From: Octopus sinensis | Lineage: Eukaryota | Length of the DNA: 64,000 nt | NCBI RefSeq assembly: GCF_006345805.1 | Contig: NC_043008.1 | Coordinates: 22,382,001 to 22,446,000, forward strand | Direction: 5' to 3' | Shown: positions 37,119-51,350 of the stretch, one piece after another | How the letters are laid out: each line of letters opens with the position of its first letter | How positions within the stretch are numbered: position 1 is the first letter of the stretch | The notes under the pieces: model-generated | What the model was told of the DNA's origin: nothing | What the model saw: only the letters and a program-made list of their open reading frames with translations | The model's database searches: none | Program-made: the position numbers and the translations under genes

Positions 37119-37886
37119 ATATATATATATATATACACATATACATACATATATATGTATTCATATGTATATGTATTCACATATATGAGAAAAGGTCAGT
37201 TCAAAAAGAACAATTCAAGCTTTTTCGGGGATCCAAAAAGAGAGAAAAGGTGATTTCTAATAAGGATTCATCATATTCATGAAAATCAACCAAAACAGGT
37301 AATAAGAATATGAAAATAATATTTGAGATTTGTTATAGGTATAGGAATACGTACGTATGCATTGAATCCAGTTTTATAAAAAATCAACATCTTTTCTCCA
37401 TTTTTTATACTTGCTTATGGTATATTCTTATACCTATAACAAATCTTATGCATTCACATATATATATATACACACACATGTGTAGACATAAAAGATGTGT
37501 GTGGGTAGTACTTTACAGCTGTTTCTGGAATAGGTAGACATGAGATATAGATTTGTGCATATTGTGTGTAGCAGGAGATTGCATGAAACTATCCCATTCA
37601 TCATCATCATCATTGTTTAACATCTGTCTTCCATGCATGGATAGAACAGTTGACAGGAGTTAGCCAGGTAGAAGACTACCACAGGTTACTGTGTTTGTTT
37701 TGGGTAGGGGCTTTTACAGCTGGATGCCCTTCCTAGCACAAACCACTTCGCAGCAGGGAAAATAAACTATCTGAATAGAAAGGCAAACATATCACTATGG
37801 AAGGAAGATATACAAATGAAATGTTGTACATGATAAAGATATGTACAGGGTGTCCCAAAAGTTAACAGACCATTTCAAAATATGAT

Positions 37887-38290
37887 ACTCTACTCTTTAC
37901 TCTTTTACTTGTTTCAGTCATTTGACTGTGGCCATGCTGGAGCACCACCTTTTTAGTCGAGCAAATCGACCCCAGGACTTATTCTTTGTAATCCTAGTAC
38001 TTATTCTATCGGTCTCTTTTGCCGAACTGCTAAGTTATGGGGACGTAAACACAACAGCATCGGTTGTCAAGCGATGTTGGGGGGACAAACACAGACACAC
38101 AAACACATACATACATATATATACATATATACGACGGGCTTCTTTCAGTTTCCGTCTACCAAATCCACTCACAAGGCTTTGGTCGGCCCGAGGCTATAGT
38201 AGAAGACACTTGCCCAAGGTGCCACGCAGTGGGACTGAACCCGGAACCATGTGGTTCGTAAGCAAGCTACTTACCACACAGCCACTCCTT
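37887..38290 (-). mobile_element. SINE family B, near full length
   Basis: Reverse complement of the family B consensus; further copies at 38915-39295 and 39680-39845. Confidence 0.85.
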
Positions 38291-39302
38291 ATTAAATATT
38301 CACATTTATTCTTTTATAAGCAATAAATACCCTTTCTTGGTAAACATTTTTAATTAGTTTTGAAAATTATGTTCTTCAAATGGCCAAGTAATTTCTGCAT
38401 AGACATTACTGTTGTTCTTACATGCTCATATTTTTCCCCTGTTTCTTTTGTTTTTCTTGTATTTTCTTTTTAATTTTGTTCTTGGCAAATTTTATTTATT
38501 TTATTTTATTTTAATTTAATTACTCTTTTGTGTCTAATTATTTGTTACCCAACAGGTTTGCTTCCTCAACCAGTTTTTATAGAAGCAATTATACTTTCTT
38601 TCGTTGATATCTTCCCTATTTTCAGTTAAGTCCAAGTGTGCTTTTTTTTTTTTTTTATTAACCAACTCCTTGTTTTTAACCTTGTTATGTTTTTAAAATT
38701 ATTTCTATTATTTTTAATAATTTTTTAATTTTTTTAATCATTTTTTATTATTTTTAATCATTTTTATTATTTTTAATTATTGAAAAACATTTCTTTAATC
38801 ACATCTTTATTTTGTTTCTTTTTTTCTTTTTCATATATTTGGTAAGACGGTGGGGGAGGGGGAGAGATTTTATTTCTGTATTATTTTATTTATTTATTTA
38901 TTTTACTTTTATGTTTTATCTTTTACTTGTTCCAGTCATTAGACTGCGGCCATGCTGGAGCACCACCTTGAAGAATTTTTAGTTGAATGAATCGACTCCA
39001 GTACATATTTTTTTTTCTTTTTAAGCCTGGCACTTATTCTATTGATCAGTTTTGCCAAACCGCTAAGTTACAGGGACATAAACACACCAACACTGGTTGT
39101 CAAGCAGTGGTGGGGGACAAACACCAACGCTAAGACACACACACACACAACAGGCTTCTTTCAGTTTCTGTTTACCAAATCCACTCACAAGGCTTTAGTC
39201 GACCCAAGACACTGGCTCAAGGTGTCACACAATGGGACTGAACTCTGTACCATGTAGCTGGGAAGCAAACTTCTAACTACACAGTTATACCTGTATGTAT
39301 AC

Positions 39303-39347
<45 letters not shown>

Positions 39348-40420
39348 CAATTAAGGATAAAATCTTAAAGAATCTTAACAAGAAATTATCAGGTAGTTAG
39401 CGTGAAAAACCTCATAAGAGAAAAAATCCGAAAATAATTTTTTCACTTGAAAATATTTATTTATATTGTATAGAGGGCATTATTACACATAGATGCCACA
39501 CGCTAAGAGGGACATAAGTCATTACTACCAAAATTTAACTAATCATACCGAATGCAGCTCTCGAAGCAAGACATTTAAAAAACTGAATTTAGTTCTATAT
39601 CACCTGTGATTTTGCAATTAATGTATTAAATACGTCTTTTGTATATGTATATGTATATGTGTGTGTGTGTGTGTGTGTATAGGATGGGCTTCATTCAGTT
39701 TCTGTCAACCAAAATCCCTCACAGGTTTCTAGTTGGCCTGGGAATATAATGGAAGACACTTGCCCAAGGTGCCACACCGTGGGACTGAACCCAGAACCAT
39801 GTGGTTTGGGAAGCAAGCTTCTTACCACACTGCAATGCCTGCGCATTTTTGTTAAAGATTTTTGCATGTGTTTGCTATTCGGTTTTTTTTTTTCACTTTT
39901 TTTTATGCTGCATCCTTACAAGGCATGATGCAAAATATTCTGAGTATGGATCAGGGTTATTAAACTATTTTCATAAAAAAAAAGTTGGCAAATATTTTCA
40001 AAACATCGGTGATTACATTAAAAATCACCACACCAGAAATGAAAATATCGCAGGTAAATTTTACAAATACATATACATACATGTGTGTGTCTGTGTATAT
40101 ATAATATATTATGTATCATAAATTATAAATCAGTTTACTGTCCAGGATTTGACACCTGGGGTGAAAGAGGGAGGCATCAGCACTAGACTGGTACATTATT
40201 TATCAACATAGAAGGGTTGAAAGGCAAGCTGGTTTTGATAGGATTTGAACTCAGAGCGACAGACAGCTGGAGCAAGAATCACAACAAATTCAATCGAACT
40301 CTCTGCTAAGTCTGCCAATTGACTACAAATGTTACAATCAGCAAACCTTGATTCTAAATGACCAAACTCTATTAATATTCCTAAGTTGCTGCTTTGCTAC
40401 TACTAGTACTAATAATAATA

Positions 40421-40454
<34 letters not shown>

Positions 40455-40791
40455 TTTTATTTATGTGCCCTTTTCAAGCCTAGCCAGGTTCACAGGCCCA
40501 GTTTCCTAGTTTCTGTGGCATATGTGTTCCCCGCAGCTGGACGGGGCGCCAGTCCATCGCAGTGTTACCCAAGAAACAGGAAGAAAGAGTGAGAGAAAGT
40601 TGAGGTGAAAGAATACAACAGGGGTCGCCACCACCCCCTGCCAGAGCCTCGTGGAGCTTTAGGTGTTTTCACTCAATAAACACACACAACGCCCAGTCTG
40701 GGAATCGAAACCATGATCCTCCGACTGCGAGTCCACTGCCCTAACCACTGGGCCATTGCGCCTCCATAATAATAATAATAATAATAATAAT

Positions 40792-41000
40792 CCTTTCTAC
40801 AGAAAAGGTACAAGGCCTGAAATATCAGAGATGGGGACTAGGTGATTTCATTGATCCCAGTGTTACTTAATTTATCAATCCTGAAAAGTGGAAAGGTAAA
40901 GTCAACCTCAGCAGCATTTGAACCCAGAATGTAAAGACAGACGAAATGCCACTAAGCATTTTGCCCAGTGCAGTAACAATTCTACCAGCTTGCCACCTTC
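40792..41000 (-). mobile_element. SINE family A
   Basis: aaaggtaaagtcaacctcagcagcatttgaacccag...ccagcttgccacctt. Confidence 0.65.
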
Positions 41001-41055
41001 ACTACTTCTACTACTACTACTACTACTACTACAACTACTACTACTAATAATAATG

Positions 41056-41088
<33 letters not shown>

Positions 41089-41098
41089 GTAATAATAA

Positions 41099-41600
41099 GA
41101 CGTTATATTGAAAGACTTCAGACAAAAACTATGCCTCCTCATAGATATGACTGTCCCAATCCACATAAATGTATCTGTCAAAACCTACCAAAAACTGAGC
41201 AAGTATAAAGATCTTGAAAAAGAAATTAGCAAAATGTGGAACCTGAAGACTAAAACAATACCTGTTGTCATAGGTGCCCTAGGAATGATAGCAAAAGAAG
41301 CTGATTCCTACCTAGCTCAGATACCAGGAAACCCCAAAATGGCAGAAATTCAAAAGATAGTGTTCATGGAAACTGCCCATATCCTACGTATAATACTGTC
41401 TATGTAATCTCAAATTTTAAAACAAACTCATTAATTTTCTTGTTTTCTTAAACATTCTCTAGAACAACACTATGTACAAAACCAAATATTTGGCCCCCTA
41501 GGCATAACACCAACATGAACTTTTAACTTGTTGTCTGTTGAGGTCTCTGTGTGAGACTTGGAGCTAGCTTGTACAAATACAAAGCAAAAGTCGAACATAT
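41099..41600 (+). mobile_element. 5'-truncated R4/Dong-type non-LTR retrotransposon (RLE domain and 3' UTR) inside (TAA)n
   Basis: DVILKD...CLLIDMTVP...KLSKYKDLEKEISKMW...IPVVIGALG...IQKIVFMETAHILR: the restriction-like endonuclease C-terminus. TAA arrays on both flanks. A second fragment is at 46456-46570. Confidence 0.8.
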
Positions 41601-42757
41601 AATAACACTACTACTACTACTACTAATAATAATAATAATAATAATAATAATATAATAATAATAATAATAATAATACAGGTGAATCTGTGGTATTGAGCAG
41701 AATATTTACTGTAGCCCATCTTTTATACCAAGATAAACCATGTACATGTTAACACTTCCAAACAGTTAGGATGCTTTGCATATTTCTTTTAGTGCTTTAC
41801 ATTCTGAGCTCAAATCTCATCAAAGTCAACTTTCCCTCTCATCTTTTTTGAGTTGATAAAATAAAAGTACCAGTCATGTACTGGAGTCAATATAATCAAC
41901 TAACCCCTCACCCTAAAATCGCTGGCCTTGTATCAAGATGTGAAACAAATGTTGCTATCGTTATTTCAGACTCAGAATATTTTGATTATACCTAGCATTC
42001 TATCAATGCTTTGTTTATTTATTATTAATTTTTCTAATGATTGTTATAATTCTGAGCTTTCATTTGGAAATCAATGTTTAACATTTTGCTATATACACCT
42101 TCTTTGATGGTTTATGCTGATACAAACTTATAAGATGTATTTCAGTTTTAGAATGCTACTTCTTAAACCTCCATGTGCCAGTAGCCCAAACATGAACCTT
42201 GTGTTTATAAAACAGATTAATTTTCCTGAACATTTTGGGGGAGTAAATGCACCTTTTATGAACTGTGAAATGCTGAATTTTTTTTCAATACCCGAAAGAT
42301 ATATAATGTAGATAACCTTAAAGTTATGTATTTTGAAAGCCTCAGCTGTGGCAATCAAGATGATGTGAGAACATCCTATTGTTCTCTAGCATAGAAAGTA
42401 AAATAACTAAGAAAAATAATTAGGGAATAATTGAAAAATTTTTATTCTATTTTTACTTCCTTGTATTCATTTTACATCTTTTATTTATTCATCCCTATTT
42501 TACTTTCTTCCATCCCCCCCCCCTTTATTTATATGAGATGTAAGAACAAGTTTTTTTTTTATTTAGATCTTTTATATAACTGGATCCCATTTCGAAATGA
42601 TATCAATTATTCTTGTCTAAAAAGAAATACCAAATTTCTGACAGAATAAAATAACATAATGATCAATAATTCACTTTTTATGTATGTCAATATAACTAAA
42701 TTTGTGTTGTTTAATATCTATAAAGCATCCAGTTTAACCTCTCTATATGTCAACATG

Positions 42758-42990
42758 AAGTGGAGGTGCATGGCTTAGTGGTTAGTGTGTTGGACTCAAG
42801 ATTGTAAGATTGTAGTTTCAATTCCTGGATGGGGCAACATGTTGTGTTCTTGAGCAAAACACTTCATTTCACATTGATCCAGTCCACTCAGCTGGCAAAA
42901 ATGAGTTTTCCTGCAATGGACCAGCATCCCATCCAGGTGGGGAATTTATACCCCAAGAAACCGACCCTTATGAGTCGGCAGGACTCAATA
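42758..42990 (+). mobile_element. SINE family D
   Basis: gtggaggtgcatggcttagtggttag head; gtgttcttgagcaaaacacttcatttcac. Confidence 0.75.
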
Positions 42991-43610
42991 ATTTAACCTT
43001 TGCCTTTTACCTTTTAGCATGAAGTTGATGAGATTCCAAAATTCATACTTATACATTAAGGTTTTGTAGAATAATTTTTCCTCCTTTTTCTTGTAAACAC
43101 TTCATACTTTTAAGAGCACCTCAAGGTGGCTAGACACCTGGTTATCTGAACCAACTGACTTCAGCAGGTCTTGGATACTAAACATACTGGAGTGATTTCT
43201 AGCTCCTCTCCCATTCTATGTCCATATAAGGACTTGCATGTGATATTTCAAAGTAGCATCAGTTATACATTGCTTCCAACTATGGGGTACTTATTCACAT
43301 GACTGAACTATCACAGGGTCTATTGTTGCCAGAACCCATGAAAGTTCAGTCTTTCACACCCCCTCCCTGGACAGGTTGATAAATAATGTGCCAGCCTAAT
43401 GCTGGTGCATCCCTCTCTCCCCACAAACTGTCTCACACAATGTTATCCCAGAATGCAATGCTGTTACAGGGTTAGTCGTTTCTACAGCTGAGTGGACTGG
43501 GGCAATGTGAATTGCAATAAAATATTGGCCTTTCAGATTATATTTCATAATATTTTGTAACTTATTTTTTAACATGTTGATTCTATTTATGTTTTACTCT
43601 TATATTTCAG

Positions 43611-44648
43611 GGTTATGAAACTGATGAAGCTGAGGATGAAGGAGAAAGCGAATCAAAGCCTCTTCTCGCATCAGAAGTGGCAAATTCTAAGGATAACGAC
43701 AGTAAAGAGAGCAACGTTGCACCTGTGCAGTTTGGAAACTCGTTAGCATTTGAGAATTTCCCCAACAATAATAATGCCAATACTACAGAAGAAAATGTCA
43801 ATGAGGACCTAGCTGATATGGCTTCTGAAGATGCTACAAGCCTAAACCAAATTCCAGTATCAAATGCCAATATTGCATCACCGGATATAGCCTGGTTAGA
43901 ACAGGCAGTCGAAGACTCGACTCTGGGTTCAGTAACTGCTGGACTCACCCAGTCTGACTCAAGCCTATCTTCTAGTAATAAGTTCTACTCTTACGGCACT
44001 GGTCAGTTAGAGTATGTATCCCCTTATCAAGGGCCAAGTGGGGAGTATGCAAGTAGCAGTTCTATAAGCTCACCTTCTTCAGAAAAAGGTCCGCATGTTC
44101 TCTATCAGCCTATTCTACCCGGAAAGACGAATGATGGGTCAAGCAATGTTTCACCTGCTTTCAGAGACAACATCGATGATAATGTTCTCGATAATGAACA
44201 AGAGATTATAAATTTGCACCCGTCTCTGTTGGACAGTAACATCGACCAAACAATAGTGACTGACACCGATATCTTCATTGACAATATCGCAGACGATGAG
44301 GATCTGTGTACGGACAATAATAATCCGACAGATAACTTCAATAACCTGCCTTGTAATATGATTATCTCTTCTGAACAAGACAGCCGGAAAGAGAACTCAG
44401 ACTCTTGTGTTGTAATGGATGTTGAGGGTAACTACACACATCCAACGAATGACTTCATTAGCTGCAATGTTTCGCCAGCAGCAAAAATTAACACCGAAAA
44501 CCAACCCCAGATAGACACTGAGGACGAAAACCCTTGTGAACACACCACCTCTTCACTACCTCCTTCCCCAACTTCTTCCACAAGATCGACGCCCGGCATT
44601 ATGGGAACTCTACCTCCTATGGCAACTGGAGAATCTGAAATGCTTTAA
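43611..44648 (+). CDS. Terminal coding exon: 345-aa acidic, Ser/Asn/Asp-rich, probably disordered C-terminal tail (GYETDEAEDEGESESKPLL...MATGESEML*)
   Basis: Acceptor ttatatttcag at 43610, phase 0. The frame runs into the 323-aa ORF 43677-44648, the only long non-repeat ORF in the window. TAA stop at 44646-44648. Confidence 0.88.
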   Translation, partial: GYETDEAEDEGESESKPLLASEVANSKDNDSKESNVAPVQFGNSLAFENFPNNNNANTTEENVNEDLADMASEDATSLNQIPVSNANIASPDIAWLEQAVEDSTLGSVTAGLTQSDSSLSSSNKFYSYGTGQLEYVSPYQGPSGEYASSSSISSPSSEKGPHVLYQPILPGKTNDGSSNVSPAFRDNIDDNVLDNEQEIINLHPSLLDSNIDQTIVTDTDIFIDNIADDEDLCTDNNNPTDNFNNLPCNMIISSEQDSRKENSDSCVVMDVEGNYTHPTNDFISCNVSPAAKINTENQPQIDTEDENPCEHTTSSLPPSPTSSTRSTPGIMGTLPPMATGESEML

Positions 44649-44826
44649 TCTCACTTCATTTCCATGTTTAATATCTTGTGAAGAGATTGACCAATAATCA
44701 ATACGCTCTCATCTCCCTCCTCTCTTATCTGACTTATGCGTGAGCATGTCTATGTGTGCGTGTGTGTATATGCGTGTGTATATGTGTGTGTGTGTGTGTT
44801 ATACCTCCCTACAAAATGATTAGAAT

Positions 44827-44832
44827 AATAAA
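44827..44832 (+). promoter_or_regulatory. Candidate polyadenylation signal AATAAA
   Basis: AATAAA ~180 nt downstream of the stop codon. The hexamer is common in AT-rich DNA, so this is weak. Confidence 0.3.
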
Positions 44833-44959
44833 ACATAGGTTATGACATGTACATAAATGCATCGTTATAAACATACGAGATTGTTAAGACACCCAATATT
44901 CGGTAGCTTTCCAAACATAAGCACCACATTACCAAAATTATATGCATAAATTATTTAAA

Positions 44960-45059
44960 ATTACGAATCATATACTGGAGAGTAAAAGAACACATTATTT
45001 TAATTTTAGAAACTATTTCAGTATTCATACACATACATATATAGTATATATATATATAC

Positions 45060-45090
<31 letters not shown>

Positions 45091-45113
45091 CATTATATAT
45101 ATATATGTATGTG

Positions 45114-45145
<32 letters not shown>

Positions 45146-45182
45146 TATATATATATGATATATACATATATATGATATATAC

Positions 45183-45261
<79 letters not shown>

Positions 45262-45284
45262 ATATATATACATGTATATATCTT

Positions 45285-45315
<31 letters not shown>

Positions 45316-45355
45316 TATATATATGTGTGTGTGTGTGTCTATATATATATATAAA
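44960..45355. repeat. (TA)n/(TG)n compound microsatellite downstream of the stop codon
   Basis: Direct reading. Confidence 0.95.
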
Positions 45356-45953
45356 TCAACAAAAGCAAATATCAGAACTGGACTTTAAAAAACTATTGTG
45401 GCTAAAAAGAACACATTCATTTTGTCATTTCTTTAAATTATTCTATCATTCTTTAAAAATTCCTCATTATCATACATACATGTGTGTGTTTATTTTCTTT
45501 TTTTTTTCATTTTTTGAGGAAAAACAAATTCAGCAAAATTTGTTTTCTTTTACACAAATATATAATAACAACTCACTTGTTGTACCAACTGCTGGAGTGA
45601 TGGATTAATCCTGTATTAACAGTATTTTGATGAGGGCAGAAAAGAGGATGTACAAAAAAATGTCCTTCATCATGTGATAGTTTTATGAGAAGTCATGTTA
45701 TATATGAATTACATTTCAGAGGCCTGTACTTCAGAAGCTTTGAAGTCAGCCAATGAACAAAAGTGGACATATCCGATGTTTGAAGAACTGGTGGGTGGAG
45801 TAATTTGTAAAATGGTCAGCGGTGAAGTTCTTTTCTTATTTGAATTCCAAGAGAATTTTGGTTGTAGCGAAAGCATTTGATCTCTTATACAGAACTCTGT
45901 ATAACTTTTTCTTTTTATCATATTGACCTTTATTCGCTTTAAATCATTGTGAT

Positions 45954-46019
<66 letters not shown>

Positions 46020-46952
46020 CATGCTGGAACATCACCATCATAAAACAGAGATAAGTGTAGGGACATGAATTGGCGTTTAAATGGCAGTGAAATGGCTAAA
46101 TGGGTAAAGGTTGCATTGCCAGCTCTTGGGTTGCAGGCTCAAGTCCAAGGCAAGATGTATTGCACTGGATTTCATGAGGAGGATGACATCTTATTCTGTG
46201 TGCTAAAAGGGGCTGATTAAGAACCTGGAATTTCTAGGTTGCAGCTGTTAGATAGGGGATTCATCTTTCATATTATTAGTTTAACGGGTTGCAGATTGGA
46301 GAATCAATTCCTGAGAAAATTTGAGATTCATATAAATTTTTTTTGATTTTGAAAGTAAATAAGCAAGATAAAAAGAAAGAAAATGATTTTTATCTATCTT
46401 TAAAAATTTCATCTTTTTAAAAAAATAGAGTTTATGTTAATTTGCCGGTGAGGCATCACAGATACCAGGAAACCCCAAAATGACAGAAATTCAAAAGATA
46501 GTACTCATGGGAACTGCCCGTATCCTTACATAAGATACTGTCTATGTAATCTCAAATTTTAAAACAAACTTATGGTGTCTTTATCTTTAAGTCTCATAAC
46601 ACACTAAAACTTGCATCATCACATTGTGTATATAATCAACTTAATTTTCAGTCCTGATAATACCAAGAAAAGGAGTTGAACTCCAGCTCTGTAATCTTAT
46701 TAGAAACTCATCAATTTTATCACATTACATTTAATTATTTTCTCAACTTTACATCCCTCATGGTGGATTAGCGTAACAAGCAGCTCATAATCTTTTTATG
46801 AAGGATCTTTATCACAGTCCCTGAAGGTATACATTACAACAGTGGCAACACAGTGCACTATCAACTCAGTACTTTTGTATAGTTTAAATATGCGAGTGTG
46901 TGTGTATGCATATATATACACACACACACACACACATATACACACATACAGA

Positions 46953-47078
<126 letters not shown>

Positions 47079-47249
47079 ATCATGGACGAACTATATAGAC
47101 GATTTTCAGATAAGTAAAAGTGGGTGGCAGGCCTTACAAGTGTGATTAATCTACTAAAAATTAATTGTAGTTTAACCACTTCATTTACTTTCGCACCTAG
47201 TTTAAAGTTTGTGTTTATACACACCTTGCATTCTTACTCTGCTATATAT

Positions 47250-47500
47250 ATGTCATTATTCAGTTTATTTCAAGATTTCTTGCCAAAAGAGAAAGAACCG
47301 TTTTCTAACCTAGATCCAAGGTTCCTTTATTGGAATTTCCACATCAACAACAGGATATTCTTGTTTGTATGTATGTGCAGATTTGTATGTTCTGTGTATG
47401 TATGAATGCATGTATGAATGCATGTATGTATGTATGTATGTATGTATGTATGTATGTATGTATGTATGTATGTATGTATGTATGTATGTATGTATGTGTG
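47250..47500. repeat. (ATGT)n-associated dispersed repeat (second copy at 3618-3775)
   Basis: gtcattattc..gatttcttgccaa..gagaaaga..tagatccaagg..ttggaatttc shared between both loci. Confidence 0.65.
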
Positions 47501-49955
47501 TATGTACGAACGTACGCGTATATGGATATAAGAATTGGTGAAAATTTGTGTTCACAGACGAAGAAAAAGGGGCTCAAGACATCAGATTATATAATAGAGT
47601 TTATATGTTTTATAAGCTGATGCTTCCTCAATCTTTATTTTGAGTTTCCTGTTACGGATTATTCAAACAAGTAAAGAATATAAGTAGCGTGATAATATAT
47701 AAGGAAAAATATTCATAAACACATTGAAATACAATTAGCCATCAAGATTTAATTGGTTCCCAAAAAAGAAAACTTTAAAAATCTGTCATACATCTAGCTG
47801 ATTAATTGTTATATGCAGAACACGAAAGATAATCATAAATTTTCATTTAAAAGCATCCGATATTTTCCTGATTCCATGGAAATATCACATATGTAAAAAC
47901 ACACAGAAATGAGGAGGATGGTTATTGTTAATAAAATGATAGCATTATCTAATAAGTAAATTTTGTTTAATATATGACCAGCATTCAAATTATGATAAAT
48001 TTATTATTTGAGAAACAAACTATTTTAACCAGTTTCATTTGGACATTCCTCAAAACAATATATCGATGAAAGTGTCTGTAGGAATTCACCAATTTCGCAA
48101 TTATGGCCAAAGTTGCAAAGGAGTGTCAAAATATGTTATATACGTCTCCAAGAGATAATGATCACATCATCTAGATGAGCTAATGTATGAGGACACGGAT
48201 TCTAGAAAAGAACAAACGGTTTGATAATTGTTACTTTTACGATCCTTAAAATTCCAGATACATTTAAATAATGAAATAGTTACACGTCTTTCTAAGTAAC
48301 AGAATGTATACCAATTTTGCGAGAGTCTGTTTTTAAAGGAACTTTCAGCAATCTTTATGAAGGTTTTTGCTTCACTGTTATTTGCAAGACAAACCTACAC
48401 CTTAGATTCATAAACTGACACGTAGGGTTGTTAAAATTACATAGCAGAGAATAAGTTTCCGTGTTCGTATTGCATAGTTTTATTCTATTTGTATAGGCAG
48501 CGAAATTTTGGGTGCAAATGTAACTCATCTAAACGTTATTTTTATTAAACACTTTTTATGATATCGATATTCTAGAAGAAAAGCTTATTTATAAAGTTTT
48601 GGAAAATCCTCTCAGCATTGCAACAGATATTTAAACTACATGGTGGATTCTACCATATAATATACAGTTTCTTATTTTTGCGTTTTTTTAATATTAGTCT
48701 CCTATGTAAATACTACATTACGTCTTTGAATTCATTGTTTTTAATGTATCATGGTAATAATGAACAGCTAATTGAAAGGATCCCTCACCAAAGGATAAAC
48801 TGTACAAACGTTTACTAATATTAATTAAATTTCTAAAATTTATTGAGGCGTTGTTGAAATTTGTGTTAATATATAGCAATTTCTCACCAAGGTCACTATA
48901 AGAGCAAAATTTACCACTATCTAAATTTATAGAAAATTAACGCTACTTTAAACTGTAAATCTAACAATTTCAATATGCTAATGAACTCGTTTATACCATC
49001 CATTGTGTGGCCATTTATAAGTCCCAAAACGAATAGTCCATCATCACGATAAATACTGAACACTGCAAAGCAGAATCTCTTCCAAAGTCCAAAACGTAGA
49101 ACCCTATCAATTTGCAAATCGCCTTATTGTCTGTTGGTCATCTATTTGAAAAAAAAAAAACATTCAATTTTTCGTCAACACTACAACTGCATTAAAAATA
49201 ACCATCTTGTTTTCTTATGTGTTTTGTAAATGTGATAGTACAAACATGAAAATATCGCATGCTTTTGCATGTGAATTCATAAATAGATCATGGGTTTTGC
49301 TTATAAAAATTAAATAGATGAATAACAATTAAGTAGTTGAAAATCATTTTCTAATCTTGATCAGTAAACTTGATCATATTTTTAGGTGTTTACGAATATT
49401 TTTTCCTTAACACGCTGGTCCCTATTTTCGTTTGAATAACTAGCAACGAGAAACTAAAGTAACGATTTAAGGAGCTTATCATTGTCGTCATTGTTGTTGC
49501 TATTTCGGCTAATGCGGTTGACTGTTAGTCTGGGGTTTCTCAGATTCCCGCCGGTTCATTGCTGGATCCAGCTTCTTCCAGTTTATTGTTTCTGATGAAC
49601 CTTTGGGACGTACAGGAATCTTCCGAGTAATAATCAATTTGCTCAACCGGAACAAATTATCATACTCTAATCATGGTATCGAGAACTTATCAACAGCTCG
49701 TTACTACTAGCGAGCGTGTGTATGCATGGACTGCGTTGGCTGTGCATGTGCGTGCATGTGTGTGTGTGTGCGTGTGTGTACATGCGCGTTTATAGTGGAA
49801 AATACAGTCAAATTCTTATCCCCGACACCTTGAGTTTCCATTCAGTAGAACTGGTCAATCCACATTCTTTCTTCAATGAGCTAGACTCGGTACTGAGTAC
49901 TTTCCACAGTTTGTTGCCACTTATGTAACGTATGAATACATATGACATATATGCA

Positions 49956-49991
<36 letters not shown>

Positions 49992-51350
49992 GCACGCACA
50001 CATTATTTTTGTACATTGAGGATCTAGGCGAGATACTGTCATCTCCCAGATGTTAATAATAATGAGCAAGTCTTCTAGGATAATACTGCCTAGCGTAAGT
50101 TACCGTTGCATACAGAAGATGGTGTTGTTTCCCATTTTTTAAATGGTTATTTGAACCGGAATTAAACTCCAGGACTAAGAAATCGTGTGTGTGGAATAAT
50201 AACAATACAGAGCAAGGATTCTGTATGTCATGTTTTTTTTTTCTTTTATCTTTTTTTCTTTTCAATTTGGTATTTGAAATTGCTAAAATTTTCCGAAACC
50301 AAAATCTATTACGATGCAGGATATTGAATCGAAAAGTAACTTATAAGTTGAAACGGAAATTTTGAACATGAATAAAATTTCGGCTGTTTATTCAATAAAT
50401 AGCTGAAATCGATAAATATATATATATATATCACTTATTGGATAAAAAAAAAAATTTCAAGTAATCGAGTTTAAATTCTAATTCGATTTTATTTGATTTT
50501 TCTCTCTCTTCGAATACAGCTTATGAAAACATTTGTTACATTAATTCGGCTGGATTTTTTTTACAATTTTTATTGTTTATTTTTTTAATAGCCGAAAAGA
50601 AAAAATCAGAGAAGCGAAGGGTGGGGGCAGGAACTTCAGAAATTCTTTTCTTCTTGGGAAGGAATCCTGCAGAGTCTTTGAAATCGTTATCTGTTCCCAA
50701 AATGTAGTCATAATTACAAAGATGAAGACTTCCTTTTTGTTTTAAGTTATTTTGGTACTTCAAATAGTAAATTACTCAAGCTGAGTAAAGCTTAGGTGAA
50801 ATGAAAGATGTATATTCAGGTGCTGCATGTAATAAACTCGATGAGGTACTGTACAACCATCCGAATTCAGTAGGGTGTATCATATTCCAAACTTGACTCT
50901 GCTCAGCTATCATAACCAGGACACTTAATTATCAACGTCTCAGTTCACCTGGTATATCACAAAGTGACAGGGTTCGCTGTTATCCACTTCGACACCAACA
51001 GCATAACAAGTGGAGAGGCGAAAGGCAGCCCCGAGTGATGCTTTTATGGGGCAGCATTTTTAGGTTTGGTGTATAAGCCTACATAGGCTCGGGGACACCA
51101 GGAGCACAAGGGCGCGGCAAACCTAAAGGCTACCCCGGGTGCATGCACTCCCACTATCCCACTGATTGGCACAGCTGTAATAATCAACGAGTACTCTGTT
51201 AGTTTATGGTCCTGAGTTTTGTTCTTCTTATTGATACTATCTATAAAAAGAGATAGGCCCCCACCGATTTTGTCTATATGACCAAGCGTAAATAAGACAG
51301 TAGCCGAAGATTCGGGTCCCCAGACATGAAAATATTAATATATTAATATT

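Noticed and set aside
37845-37880. cagggtgtcccaaaagt TIR-like start
   Set aside because: No partner TIR or transposase found beyond the interrupting SINE.
43613-44378. Minus-strand ORFs of 75-111 aa
   Set aside because: Antisense shadows of the terminal exon.
45620-45900. Coding-like frame downstream of the gene
   Set aside because: In-frame stop, no recognisable motif or splice support.
51240-51325. GC-rich stretch as an HDV-like ribozyme
   Set aside because: P1, L3 and P1.1 could not be formed.
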